Both the position numbers and the translations under genes were made by a program. DNA of 34,739 nucleotides from Callorhinchus milii (lineage: Eukaryota): assembly GCF_018977255.1 (NCBI RefSeq), contig NW_024705555.1, forward strand, positions 1 through 34,739, written 5' to 3'. Shown here in pieces: positions 1 to 9,561 of this stretch; positions within the stretch are counted from its first letter, which is position 1; every line of letters begins with the position of its first letter. The notes beneath the pieces were generated by a model. That model was given only the letters and a program-made list of their open reading frames with translations, did no database searches and was not told where the DNA came from.

Positions 1-207
1 GATGGACGCGGCGGCGAGCAGCAGCTCCGCCAGATGGGAGTGCGCCTCGTGGAGCACGGCGTCGGTCCCCGTCGCTCGTCGGCGCCGTCGGCGGATCCTG
101 CAGCGTGGGCAATTCCTCGTCCTCACCCCCCGATGCCAGCTGGCCCGAGTCGTCAAGGTGTCCCCGCGGTCAATCCCGTGGGTCCGACGGGTCTTCCTTG
201 TATCCAT
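1..207 (-). CDS. 5' part of a probable gag ORF of a Gypsy-type LTR retrotransposon (runs off the window)
   Basis: ATG at 207, just downstream of the PBS. The frame is open to the window edge (MDTRKTRRTHGIDRGDT...LHEAHSHLAELLLAAASI). The call rests on position, not on a recognised motif. Confidence 0.5.
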   Translation of the reverse strand, partial: MDTRKTRRTHGIDRGDTLTTRASWHRGVRTRNCPRCRIRRRRRRATGTDAVLHEAHSHLAELLLAAASI

Positions 208-220
208 GCTTGGAAGACCG

Positions 221-237
221 TTTCACTTCTGACGCCA
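221..237 (-). promoter_or_regulatory. Primer-binding site (tRNA-Leu type) of the LTR retrotransposon
   Basis: Minus strand reads LTR end ...ACTTCA, then CC, then TGGCGTCAGAAGTG. This matches the TGGTGTCAGAAGTG PBS common in fish Gypsy elements. Confidence 0.75.
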
Positions 238-239
238 GG

Positions 240-1056
240 TGAAGTATTGGAAATGACGGCAGGAACTTCTTGACGGGTAACACACTTTTATTAAATCTTG
301 ACGTGTCAGAATACAACGTGTGGTCTCTATTCTTTGGACTATACACTCCACTTAACTCGTGTAGACTCTATGCCTCTGGCTACACACAATACACTTGACT
401 CGTGTAGACCCTATGCCTCTGGCTACACACAATACACTTGACTCGTGTAGACCCTATGCCTCTGGCTACACACAATACACTTGACTCGTGTAGACCCTAT
501 GCCTCTGGCTACACACAATACACTTGACTCGTGTAGACCCTATGCCTCTGGCTACACACCATGCATTCGGCTCGTGTAGACCCTATGCCTATGGCTACAC
601 ACAATACACTCGCCTCTGGGTTACACAGAGTCCGGTCCCGTTAGGGCCCTGCGGTACTAGTCCCGCTGTCCTATCTCTTCGATCCCCGTCTTCATTCTTC
701 GCTGGTTACATACTGCCCTTACGCCTGTGTGCATCCCCTTTTATAGCCCCTGCTCACGGGAGACGGAGCTGATGCGGACGTCTACGTGAGCATCGCTCCT
801 TAGTTAACCAATCACGACGCGCTCTCTCTACGATCCGTTTTCCCCAGCGCGTGTTAACACTACTCCACCAATCACACCGCGCTGCCATTTGATCACTCCC
901 TCTCAGCGCGTCACCGGCACACAGCCAATCAGTACCCCGTAACCCACGACCCCGCGCTGACCCCTGATCCTCCACCGTCAGCGCGCGTCACCACATACAC
1001 AGCCAATCATTACGCGCTGGCACACGATGCCTACCCCAGCGTGTATCACCACTACA
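240..1056 (-). mobile_element. 5' LTR (~817 bp) of a Gypsy-type retrotransposon
   Basis: Termini TGTAGT...ACTTCA on the minus strand. Several CCAATC motifs (~787-1008), TATAAAA at 745-739, AATAAA at 292-287, and an adjacent PBS. Confidence 0.8.
351..608. repeat. 43-bp tandem repeat, ~6 copies, inside the LTR
   Basis: Unit CTTGACTCGTGTAGACCCTATGCCTCTGGCTACACACAATACA starts at 351, 394, 437, 480, 523 and 566. The outer copies are slightly diverged and there are no spacers. Confidence 0.95.
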
Positions 1057-1356
1057 TATGCACTCCTGTAATCCAGCATTGTGGAGGCAGCCAGGGTTGG
1101 CGGATCACAGAGGTTGCGTCGAGTAGGTGTTGAATCCTGGTTCGCTAAGAGAAGGCAGTGCAAGCAAAATATGTACTACACCTGTTCCAGCTGTATTGAA
1201 TAGAGTGTTGCTCCCTCGCACGTGTGAGCTTTCTCTGGGTCTTCTAGATGCCTCTCACATATGGAAATGAATCTTAATATATCGCCAATAAAACCTTCAT
1301 ATAGAGGTGACCGCAGAGCTTGGGCAATTATTGGTAGAGTTGGCTCTTCTCCACGT

Positions 1357-1500
1357 AATCTTAATTTTGAGCTATCGTGACTGCAGGAATTACTCTTTGG
1401 TTCTTTCGGTAAAGTCACGTATAAAGATAAAATAATAAATTAAATAATAGCATACGACGTTTCGATTGCAACACAAGCAATCATCATCAGGTATAAATGA
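1357..1500 (-). mobile_element. Penelope-like element pseudo-LTR 3' end
   Basis: Hammerhead, AT-rich spacer, then the CGTGACT...AGTCACG hairpin and tail AGCTCAAAATTAAGATT. Nearly identical to 14826-14919. It may extend upstream to ~2070. Confidence 0.75.
1451..1495 (-). ncRNA. Minimal type I hammerhead ribozyme (PLE-associated)
   Basis: UAUAC-CUGAUGA-U-GAUUGC(uuguguu)GCAAUC-GAAA-C-GUC-GUAUG. The core is intact, stem II has 6 bp, stem III is the palindrome ACGU, stem I has 5 bp. Confidence 0.85.
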
Positions 1501-2229
1501 AATAGCAACAAAAATCTAACCAGAAAACTATAGACAGACATATAAGCAGACAGATATCACCAAGATACATAGAGAGAGAGCAACACATAGGCACACAGAG
1601 AGAGAACGTTAAATAGAGAGAGGGGGCGGGGGCGGAGAGAGGGAGGGGTTAGAGAAAAAATTAGCATGTCAATGGGTAGGACGACGGGTGGTAAAGTACG
1701 CAAGCTTGAAAATTAGGAGAACGGGAGAGAGACACATTAAATTAAATAACCTAGCAAAATATCGAAATGTAATGTAATGCAACACAGAGAGTCGGTCAAC
1801 ACACAATTAACGCATAGCCTGGTCGATTACGTATTTCAAAGATTGCTAAGTTAGAATTGAAGTGTGAAAATTCCAAAGAGAGACAAAACACAAAACACGA
1901 GGAACGGAGACACACAGACAGAGCAGAACATAAGAACAACAAAAAACGAGTGGAGACAGAAAAAGTACACTAAATACACAGGCAGAGAGAGAAAACAAAA
2001 AAACCCCGAGAGAGAGAAAAAGATAAACTTAAAACTTCCCCGTAGAAGTGGTTCAATCTTAATTTGGAGCTTAGTTGCTGCTGCCTTGCACTTGTTTGTG
2101 GTTCCTCCTGGTGCCTCTGAGTCGTACTCTTTCCCATTTCAAGAAACCACCGGCCCTTCAGGTGGAAGCAAACGCAAATTAAGTACCTGGTTGTAGTTGT
2201 CCGTTCGTATCCCACATTTCTGTTCCGGA

Positions 2230-3450
2230 AAAAATGTCCCCCCTTATGCTCCAGGAGATCATCACTACCTCACTAGAGGCATGGATGGATATTCCACTTT
2301 CTTTCCCTAACAAAGAAGGTCTTGCCAAAGCCCCCATACTATTTACGAATGGTTCCCACCCTTATCCTGAAACCCTTCTTTCAGCCACTCCATTCACATA
2401 TTTCCTCGTTTTAATGAAATCAGAAGATGGCCTGAATAGATTACCACTCCCTTACTTTTCCTTGGAGAGAAATGGGCCTGGCCCTCCCAGTCGTCCTGAA
2501 TTACCACATAAGTGTCAGGAGGGCTTCGTGTACCCCTGGACTCTGGCTGGGTTTACCTTCTATCCTATTCAAGATAGATTCCGGTGCAATCATTTATGTA
2601 GATAGTTTCAAGCAAGAACTGGCCTAGCTGGAAAGCGACAAGCTTGGAAACGGGTGGGGGGCCTCCTGGCCGAGGAAGGGAGGGTGAAGTAACTCGAGCA
2701 GTTGCGCACACACAACCCTACCCCACGGACACATTTATTTAGATACCTACAGATCAGGAATGCTATCACCAAAGCCTCAGACAAGAACTTATACCGCAGT
2801 GCTCATCCTATCCTGGATTGCCTGGTTAGGAAAAACGTTAAAAATACAGATTGGCAGAGGCATAACGCCTAATTTATGGAGATGGGGCTGGGGTAAGATC
2901 CACAACTAAAACGCTTTGAGAAAGGCTGCTGGAACAGGACATCCCCCACCAGAAATGGACTCAGATATGGTGGGCCCCGGTAGCAGGCCCCAGGTCTCTT
3001 CTACTGAAACGCATTCAGTTCATATGTATACATGAGACCTGAGCAACGCAGGATAGCAAATTCACCAATTCATCCCCAGATTGACCTAAATACCTGCAAA
3101 GCACATTGCAGACATACCCATATGATTTCCGGACGTGCCCAGATATCTCAGAATTCGACCAGAATATTAGAGACTCTTTTAATCGAAATCTGCAACACAG
3201 AGCTAAGCACCTTCAGTGGACTCAACTCTGTGGGGCTTGAAGCCAAGAGGCACGTCAAAATATAACCACACACTCCTCCAAACCTTCTACATTGCAGCGA
3301 GGATTAAATATCCTGGCGAATTGAAAAGATCTCGAACCACTTTCATGGGGACTCTGGTACGTAACTCTTCTTGCCTTGGTGGAAATGGAGCACCTTGGCC
3401 ATGAGCTGAAAGGCAAGAAATTGGAATATTGAGGCTGCGTGGTCTCCGTT
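2230..3450 (+). mobile_element. Degenerate L1-clade LINE ORF2 C-terminal region
   Basis: Broken-frame motifs RTHLFRYLQIRNAI (~2726-2767), RIQFICIH (~3010-3033) and HMI..TCPDISEF (~3119-3157) resemble fish L1 ORF2 C-termini. Many stops and frameshifts; boundaries approximate. Confidence 0.5.
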
Positions 3451-4068
3451 CCTGCTGAACCCAGCATAAATAGCTGGAGTAATGGGGGCCGCGGAGAGGG
3501 GATGGACTTTTTGTCACTGAAGCATTTTTGTAAACACACGACGACCGTTGCTCCTTGGGGATAATAATAAACTCGGGCATCGCGTTTAAGTAAATTAATT
3601 TGGGTTAAGTTAGCCCCCCTCACCCTCCCTCCCTTCTTCCCTTTTCTTCCCCTCCCCGAAAAGTATGTTCCTGGTCGTTGTCCTTACGGTGGTGGGGTGG
3701 TGAGCTGAAGTTCTTCCAATCGGTCCCTTATTTGAGGGCGTATCGCTCCGAGTTTTTATGCACTCGTGACCGGTATTTCTCTCTTTGAGAGTTGTGTTAT
3801 CTTTGGGTTCTCTAAATTTATTATAATAATTAAATTGAGCGAATATTGTGAGTTACAAGTTGACATCATTATTAATTTTACCAGTAAAAAGGTAAATTTA
3901 TTCCATCCCAACAACTAGTCCTGTCCGTTTCCTTAAATGACGTGCACAGCTGGTCCATGTGTCCTGGAGCTTCCTCTCTTTCCATACAGTGAAGGAGAGG
4001 GTTCACTTCTCCAAATGAGACATCTCTAACTTTCTCTTCTTCATCCAATTCTGGAAAATATATAATTA

Positions 4069-4660
4069 TCTATATATAAGTAAACAATGTCTGTTTGTGG
4101 GTTTGTGTGTGGCTTTGTGTGTGTTTGCGCGCTTGCGAACGATTTCGCTCTCCAACGTTGGGGTAAACGTGAATAAAAATAGCCAAGTACGACACCGTAA
4201 GCCCCGCCGTGAGCAAGCGCTATTCCTTTTTCACATCCATCAACTTTAAATTAGTTTGATTTAGTGCGTTTTTTGTGCGCTTTCCATTTATTAATTTCTT
4301 CATGACGCATGCACGACCATACCAACTCACGCGCATTTGGTGGGGGGGGGCGGCCCATGCCAAGTCGCACGCCTTCGGTGGGAGTGAGGGGGACATTTCA
4401 TTTTGCGTTAAAAATGCTATAAAAATACACTTCACGCTGACGTTAATTCTTCACTGTGTGATGTCCCCCACCCCGATGTGTGCAGTTATTACTACTATAC
4501 AGTCGGTAGATGCTACCACGATAGGCCATCGATATTAATGCAGAGCGGCCGGGGAGATCGCACTGCTGTAATCATAGCAGGTACCACCACAGTCAGTACG
4601 CACTGCTGTTAGATTTTTGATAGTAGTTTTGAAATATTTTTTTGGCCCGGGATAAGCTAG
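4069..4660 (+). mobile_element. Non-autonomous Helitron (short copy)
   Basis: A|TCTATATATA start and CTAG|T end. Homologous along its length to 23876-25473; the 3' hairpin is partly deleted. Confidence 0.85.
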
Positions 4661-4719
4661 TGATCAATAAAAAAAACTAAATTGGATTCCTACATTGAGG
4701 TAGGTGTACCTCTAGTCCA

Positions 4720-4956
4720 GACTCGCTGCGTTTTAGCCACCCGATGTTGTGAGCGTCACTCATCTGCCCTCCGTTGTTGCTGAAGGGCGGCTGCCTCCAA
4801 CTGCCCAGTCGCGTCCTTCACGAGCCTCTTCCACAGGGGCCGATCTGGAAACCAATGATGCCAGTCATCGGAAAGTTCACGCAGCATGACATCCTTCTGT
4901 ACCGCATTAGTCCATCTCTTCCATTGTCCGTGCAGCGCCCGTTTAGGCCCCTCTAA
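4720..4956 (-). mobile_element. 3' fragment of an RTE-like LINE (continues from 6180-6290)
   Basis: Minus translation PKRALHGQWKRWTNAVQKD...W...DRPLWKRLV follows the RLHWLGHV..RMPKQLLF block once the 4961-6179 insertions are removed. Confidence 0.65.
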
Positions 4957-4960
4957 CCAG

Positions 4961-5239
4961 CAAACAAAATCAGAGAATAGTTTTTCCCCTCTTTTCTGGC
5001 AACAAAACAGGTGTTAATATGTTAAAACACCAAACTGAAATGTTTTACAAGGAATCATGTCTGCATTAACCACAATGCTTGTGGTCAGAATGCAAACAAA
5101 AACATACTCTGATAATATATGCATTGTCTTTGGAACTGATTGGTCCACACCAGAGATAGCTTTCTTTGGAACCACAAATATGTTTTCCCCTATTCTCAAA
5201 ATATGAGAATAGGGGAAAACCTATTCTCATATTTTGGTA
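4961..5239. mobile_element. MITE-like element with imperfect ~30-bp TIRs
   Basis: Left CAAAATCAGAGAATAGTTTTTCCCCT matches the reverse complement of the right end (CAAAATATGAGAATAGGTTTTCCCCT). Internal palindrome at 5182-5220. Flanked by CCAG and CTGG. Confidence 0.6.
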
Positions 5240-5243
5240 CTGG

Positions 5244-5695
5244 TGTAGTGTGTTCGAATTAGGTGCACACACACGCAGCTTGGAGGCAACACTATTTATT
5301 AAACGGTAAGTAATATAACACTGTACATGAGGTGGTGACCACCTTCCTCAACTCACTAACACTCTAGAACACGACACAGACTGGACCAGGCAGGCAACGG
5401 CCTGCCTGGCCCAGGACGACGACCCGGGACTTGAGAACCGATGATGTCGTCTTCACTTCGGAGTACAACAGCCTCGCTCTGCGTTCACACCACGCTTATA
5501 TCTCCTCTGGCGTGGCCGGCTCCGCCCAGGCGTGGCTGGCTCTATCCAGGCCACGCCTCCCTTCCCAGGCCATGCCTCCCTTCCCCCACCTCTGGGAAGG
5601 TCTGGGTCCCTCCACCACGTGACCCCCCAGGCACCCCTTGGGGCCCCCAGCCCTTGTACGGGCCGACACAGTAGTGACCGTTCTATGTCACTACA
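5244..5695 (-). mobile_element. Solo LTR (452 bp) with a 4-bp TSD
   Basis: TGTAGTG...CACTACA termini and CTGG duplicated at 5240-5243 and 5696-5699. Minus-strand TATAA (~5497) and AATAAA (~5297). Confidence 0.85.
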
Positions 5696-5699
5696 CTGG

Positions 5700-6175
5700 T
5701 GTAATAAAGGACTCTTTCACTGGGTCTGTCTCCGTTGTCCTTTATTGTGGTTCGTACAACTTTGCCCGCACGGCGTCTCGCTCAGAGTCTCCTCCGTCTC
5801 CCGCTCGGCAGCCCCACTGCTGCCGTCACTCTTGCAGACTTGCTGCTGGCTCACTATGCAGCCCCGCTGCTGGCTCTTCCCTCAGCCTCTCTGTCCCCGA
5901 CCTGCAGCCCCACGGCTGCTCTCTATGCAGCCCCGCTGCTGGCTCTCCCCCTCCTCCGTGCCTGGACACTGCTGGCCAACGGTGCCGAGTCCCGACTTGT
6001 GGCGATCACGCCACTTTCCACCTCCTGCCCTGCGTGGCCTCCTCCTGTCTTTATTCCCACACTCTCCTCCAGCCCTTCCGGTTCCTGCCCTTAAAAGCTC
6101 TCCTCTCCCCCCACGTGACCCAACTCCTCCCCCCTGTTACGTCATATCCGCGAGGCTGTTTACGCTCGCATTACA
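5700..6175 (-). mobile_element. Second, unrelated solo LTR-like element (476 bp)
   Basis: TGTAAT...ATTACA termini, flanked by CTGG and CCGG. Minus-strand AATAAA (~5744) and internal repeats CTATGCAGCCCCGCTGCTGGCTCT. Confidence 0.75.
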
Positions 6176-6179
6176 CCGG

Positions 6180-6290
6180 CAAAGGAGGTCCCATGATGTA
6201 AATAAAAGCTGTTTGGGCATGCGGTAGCTGAGCATGCAGGCGGAAACATGACCCAGCCAATGCAGCCTCACCTGCCGGAGGATCTCACAG
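6180..6290 (-). mobile_element. RTE-like LINE fragment (post-RT region)
   Basis: ORF track EILRQVRLHWLGHVSACMLSYRMPKQLLF matches the LRWxGHVxRM..RxPKxLL motif also seen in the RTE at 19056-20210. Confidence 0.7.
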
Positions 6291-6437
6291 TCTGGGGGCA
6301 ACCCCCCCCCCCACCCCAAGAAAAATATATAAATGTGTATAATTAGGGATTGCATATGACTGCACACTCTGTGTGCATGCGTGTCAGTTGGGTGTGTTTA
6401 TGGTTGTTCGTGTATTTTGAGGTGTGTTTGTGTGATA

Positions 6438-6730
6438 GGGGTAGCGGTAGTGTAGCGGTTAGCATACTACACTACGAACTCGACAACCCGAGTTCGATTC
6501 CCCTCACGGGCAACACCAGTGACAATTATCTGAACCGGTCCAGGGCCTCCCCTAGGTCAACTCAGCATCAAATAAGTACCTGGTGCGATGTGTAAAATCG
6601 TCACTAGGGAGACAAAGGCGATCTGGTGTGGTGCTGGCCACCCACCTCCTCGTGTGTCATGTCGGCCTTCATAGGTGCTCGCTAACAGCACTTGCCCCAA
6701 AAGTATGTTAAGGCTACACGGGGGATTTTT
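6438..6730 (+). mobile_element. tRNA-derived SINE with a Deu/Nin-like core
   Basis: A box TAGTGTAGCGG (6448), B box GAGTTCGATTCCC (6491). The core GGTCAACTCAG...GGAGACAAAGGCG...CACTTGCCC is shared with three neighbouring copies. Confidence 0.7.
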
Positions 6731-6751
6731 ATATTTCTTTTCTGTGGTTAT

Positions 6752-7030
6752 AGGGAGTGGTGGTGTGGTCGTGAGCGCACTGCTCTCCATATCCGAATTC
6801 CTGAGGTCCATTCCGTCAGTGACGGAATGTTTGAACCAATCCAATGGGTCGAGTCAACCTCCTCTTAGGTCGACTCAACCTCAAATGAGTACGGCGCGTA
6901 AACATGGGAGACAAAGGCGACTGGGTGTGAAGCTGCTCGCACAACCTCCCTCGTGCCACGTGACGACGTTCAAAGGCGCTCGCTCACATCACTTGCCCCA
7001 ACAGCCCGTAGAGGCTCTACATGACAAATG
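6752..7030 (+). mobile_element. Second copy of the same SINE family
   Basis: Degenerate A/B boxes, then GGTCGACTCAACC...GGGAGACAAAGGCGACTGGGTGTG...CACTTGCCCC. Confidence 0.65.
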
Positions 7031-7089
7031 TCCAGTCTTGTGTCCTGGACATCTAAGAAAATGAGCTTAATAGTGCATCGGATTCCTCC

Positions 7090-7345
7090 AGTATAAATAC
7101 ATATTCTGATTCTTACTGCGCTAAGAAACCTGGAAATATAATCCCCGTCGTGGGCCACAAGGAGGTTGACTCAGTCTTAAATCAACGAATATCTAGTTTG
7201 ATGGGTGAACATCAGCTGAGGAGACAAAGGCGGCTGGTGATTCTGGCAACACCCAAACCCCTTCCGTTCCCCGTCCCAGCCTTAACAGATGTTTTGCTTG
7301 CTGCACTTGCCCAAACAATCGATACACCCTTAATGGGGGATGGGG
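7090..7345 (+). mobile_element. Third, more diverged copy of the same SINE
   Basis: GGTTGACTCAG...GGAGACAAAGGCGGCTGG...GCACTTGCCCAAA. Confidence 0.55.
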
Positions 7346-7636
7346 AATCTTTGTCATTGTATAAGTGTAAGCGTGTCTATGTATATTATGTATGTACACA
7401 CACGTGAATACAAATTATAAGCTATATATATCGGCTTGCTTGTTGCCATGGCAACTGTTGGGGGGGTGAGGGGAGGGATGTGAGTGGAGGGATTAGTGCC
7501 TAATCCTAATGGGCCGAGTGTTGCTGATAAGAAGAGGAAGGTGGGTGTGGGGGAGGGGGGTGGGTGAGGGCGGGGGGAGTGGGGGAGGGGAGGGGTAGGG
7601 GGTGTTTCACATTGCTTAGACTCACACACAGACACA

Positions 7637-7765
7637 GATCCCCCGTATATCCTTTAACGGACTTTTGTGGAAAGAGTTGTTAGCAAGCACCTATGAAGGG
7701 TCGGTACGGCACACGAGGGAGTGGGTGTTGCCAGCAAACACGCTCGACCGCCTTTGTCTCACCAA
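7637..7765 (-). mobile_element. Partial inverted copy of the same SINE
   Basis: Reverse complement contains GAGACAAAGGCGG...CCTTCATAGGTGCTTGCTAACAAC...ACGGGGGAT, as in the 6438 copy. Confidence 0.65.
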
Positions 7766-8998
7766 TGTAGATGTTTTCACATTGCAACCATATACTCCAT
7801 TGAGTGGCCGGGTTCGCAATCTGCAGCGTAAAACAACGGCAATTGTCAAGTCATCAATTCCCAACGAAGAGCAATACCTGATCAAGCCAAGGGCATCAAA
7901 ACCACCAAGACTTCATAGGCTACCACCAAGACTTTATGGGCTAAAAAAAATCACAAACCTGATGTCCCATTAAGACCCATAGTTAGTACAATACGCTCTG
8001 CCATGTACAAATTAGCACAATACGTAACGAAACAAATACAGCCCTACATCAGTAGGACCTCTTCGTTCATCAAAAACTCTGAACATGTCATAAATACAAT
8101 TAAATATATTAAGTTTAACCCTAATGATATTCTCGTAAGTTATGATGTGACCTCTCTGTTCACGAGGGTTTTAAATCAATGAGTCAATTAAATTACTCGA
8201 CACTCAGCTAACGAACAAAGGTTAAGCAAAATATTTCCCAAGATTACTTCTTGTGGCAATGTGACTTCTATAAACAAAAGGAAGGAGCAGCAATTGGCCC
8301 TCCTTTGTCTCCTGTGATAGCGAATTTGTACATGGAAGATTTAGAAATAAAAGCAATAGCTTCAAGCACACGAAAACCACCTGCTTGGTTTAAATATGTG
8401 GATGACACATTGGTGGTCTGGTCACACGGCAAATACACACTGAACGCATTTTTTTATCATCTAAACTCGCAAAACCATCCAGTTCACCATGGAAGTGGAA
8501 GCTGACAGAACTCTACCATTTTTGGATATTCTGCTTGGACGGGGTAGAAATGGTAAAAGAACAAAGTGTTTACCGAAAGAAAACGCATACTGACGCCTAT
8601 CTGAATGCAGTCACACAATCACCCCACACAGAAATATGCTCTTGTCAAGACGCTCATTCATCGAGCTAAGAAGTGTCAGATGGTGACGGTCTGACAAGTT
8701 AAATTCAACATCTTAAAGAAGCGCTGCAAATGAACGGTTACAACAGCATTGATTCTGCCCAAGTAATTAAAACGATCAAAATACCGTACATTGCGGGAGT
8801 AAATGATAAACTAGCCAGATGTTTGGAAAAACAAAACATCTGAGTCAGATTTGGCATAGTACATAAAATACAAAAATGAATTCTAGATTTCAAGCTTTCG
8901 TGACTGCAAGGATTCATACTCTTAGGTTTTTTTCGGTAAAGTCACGAAGGTAGAAAATGAATAATAAAAATAAAAAATAATATATATAAATAATAAAT

Positions 8999-9039
8999 CA
9001 CGACGTTTCGGAGGCAACACAAGCTTCCGTCTTCAGGTG
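8999..9039 (-). ncRNA. Minimal type I hammerhead ribozyme
   Basis: CAC-CUGAAGA-C-GGAAGC(uuguguu)GCCUCC-GAAA-C-GUC-GUG, with the core intact. Confidence 0.8.
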
Positions 9040-9078
9040 GAACCGTCACTTGATACAGCAATTGTGCTGTGACGGTTC

Positions 9079-9119
9079 CACCTGAAGACGGAAGCTTATG
9101 TTGCCTCCGAAACGCCGTG
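9079..9119 (+). ncRNA. Hammerhead copy with a mutated cleavage triplet (GCC instead of GUC)
   Basis: CAC-CUGAAGA-C-GGAAGC(uuauguu)GCCUCC-GAAA-C-GCC-GUG. Confidence 0.7.
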
Positions 9120-9561
9120 ATTTATTATTTTATTTCTATTATTTTTTCTATTATTTCTTATTATTTGTATTATTTATTTTTCACCTACGTGACTTTACCG
9201 AAAAACCTAAGAGTACAAAATGAATATCTGGTACATAAGATGTATTACCGAAGCTATCAACAGAAGGTGTGTTCAGGATTAACTTTACATATGGTCACTT
9301 ATGTTGGGCAAACAGGACGAATGATTAGCACGAGACTGAAAGAACATCAGAGAAATATTAAATTCTCCCAAATACAACTGTCAACAGTAGCAGAACACGC
9401 GTGCCAACAAGGACACTGAATTGATTTTGATCATGTTAAAGTTTTGTGCAAAACTAGCTACTACTGGCCAATACTAATTAGATCATCTATCGAAATGGAA
9501 AGAAATCAAATAAACTTTAACCATTCGCATAGCTATCGCCTTAGTGCTGCGTGGACGCGAA

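Larger units (their letters stand above)
8882..9215. mobile_element. Inverted pair of PLE pseudo-LTRs (palindromic insert) with an approximate TSD
   Basis: Arms 8917-9049 and 9069-9215 are reverse complements; only the left arm carries the ~35-nt tail. Flanks are TACAAAAATGAAT (8869-8881) and TACAAAATGAAT (9214-9225). Confidence 0.8.

Noticed and set aside
351..608. CRISPR-like array of hairpin repeats
   Set aside because: The units are contiguous with no unique spacers, lie inside an LTR in a eukaryotic context, and there are no cas genes.
2055..2072. 18-nt match to the PLE tail (AATCTTAATTTGGAGCTT) ~700 bp from 1357, suggesting a retrozyme-like unit
   Set aside because: There is no second hammerhead or hairpin next to it, and the match is too short and AT-rich to support a unit.
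5431..6227. Overlapping 119-231 aa ORFs
   Set aside because: They cross boundaries of GC-rich LTR-like elements and contain no recognisable domain.
6438..6510. tRNA gene
   Set aside because: A and B boxes are present, but there is no proper acceptor stem and it runs into a repeated SINE core.
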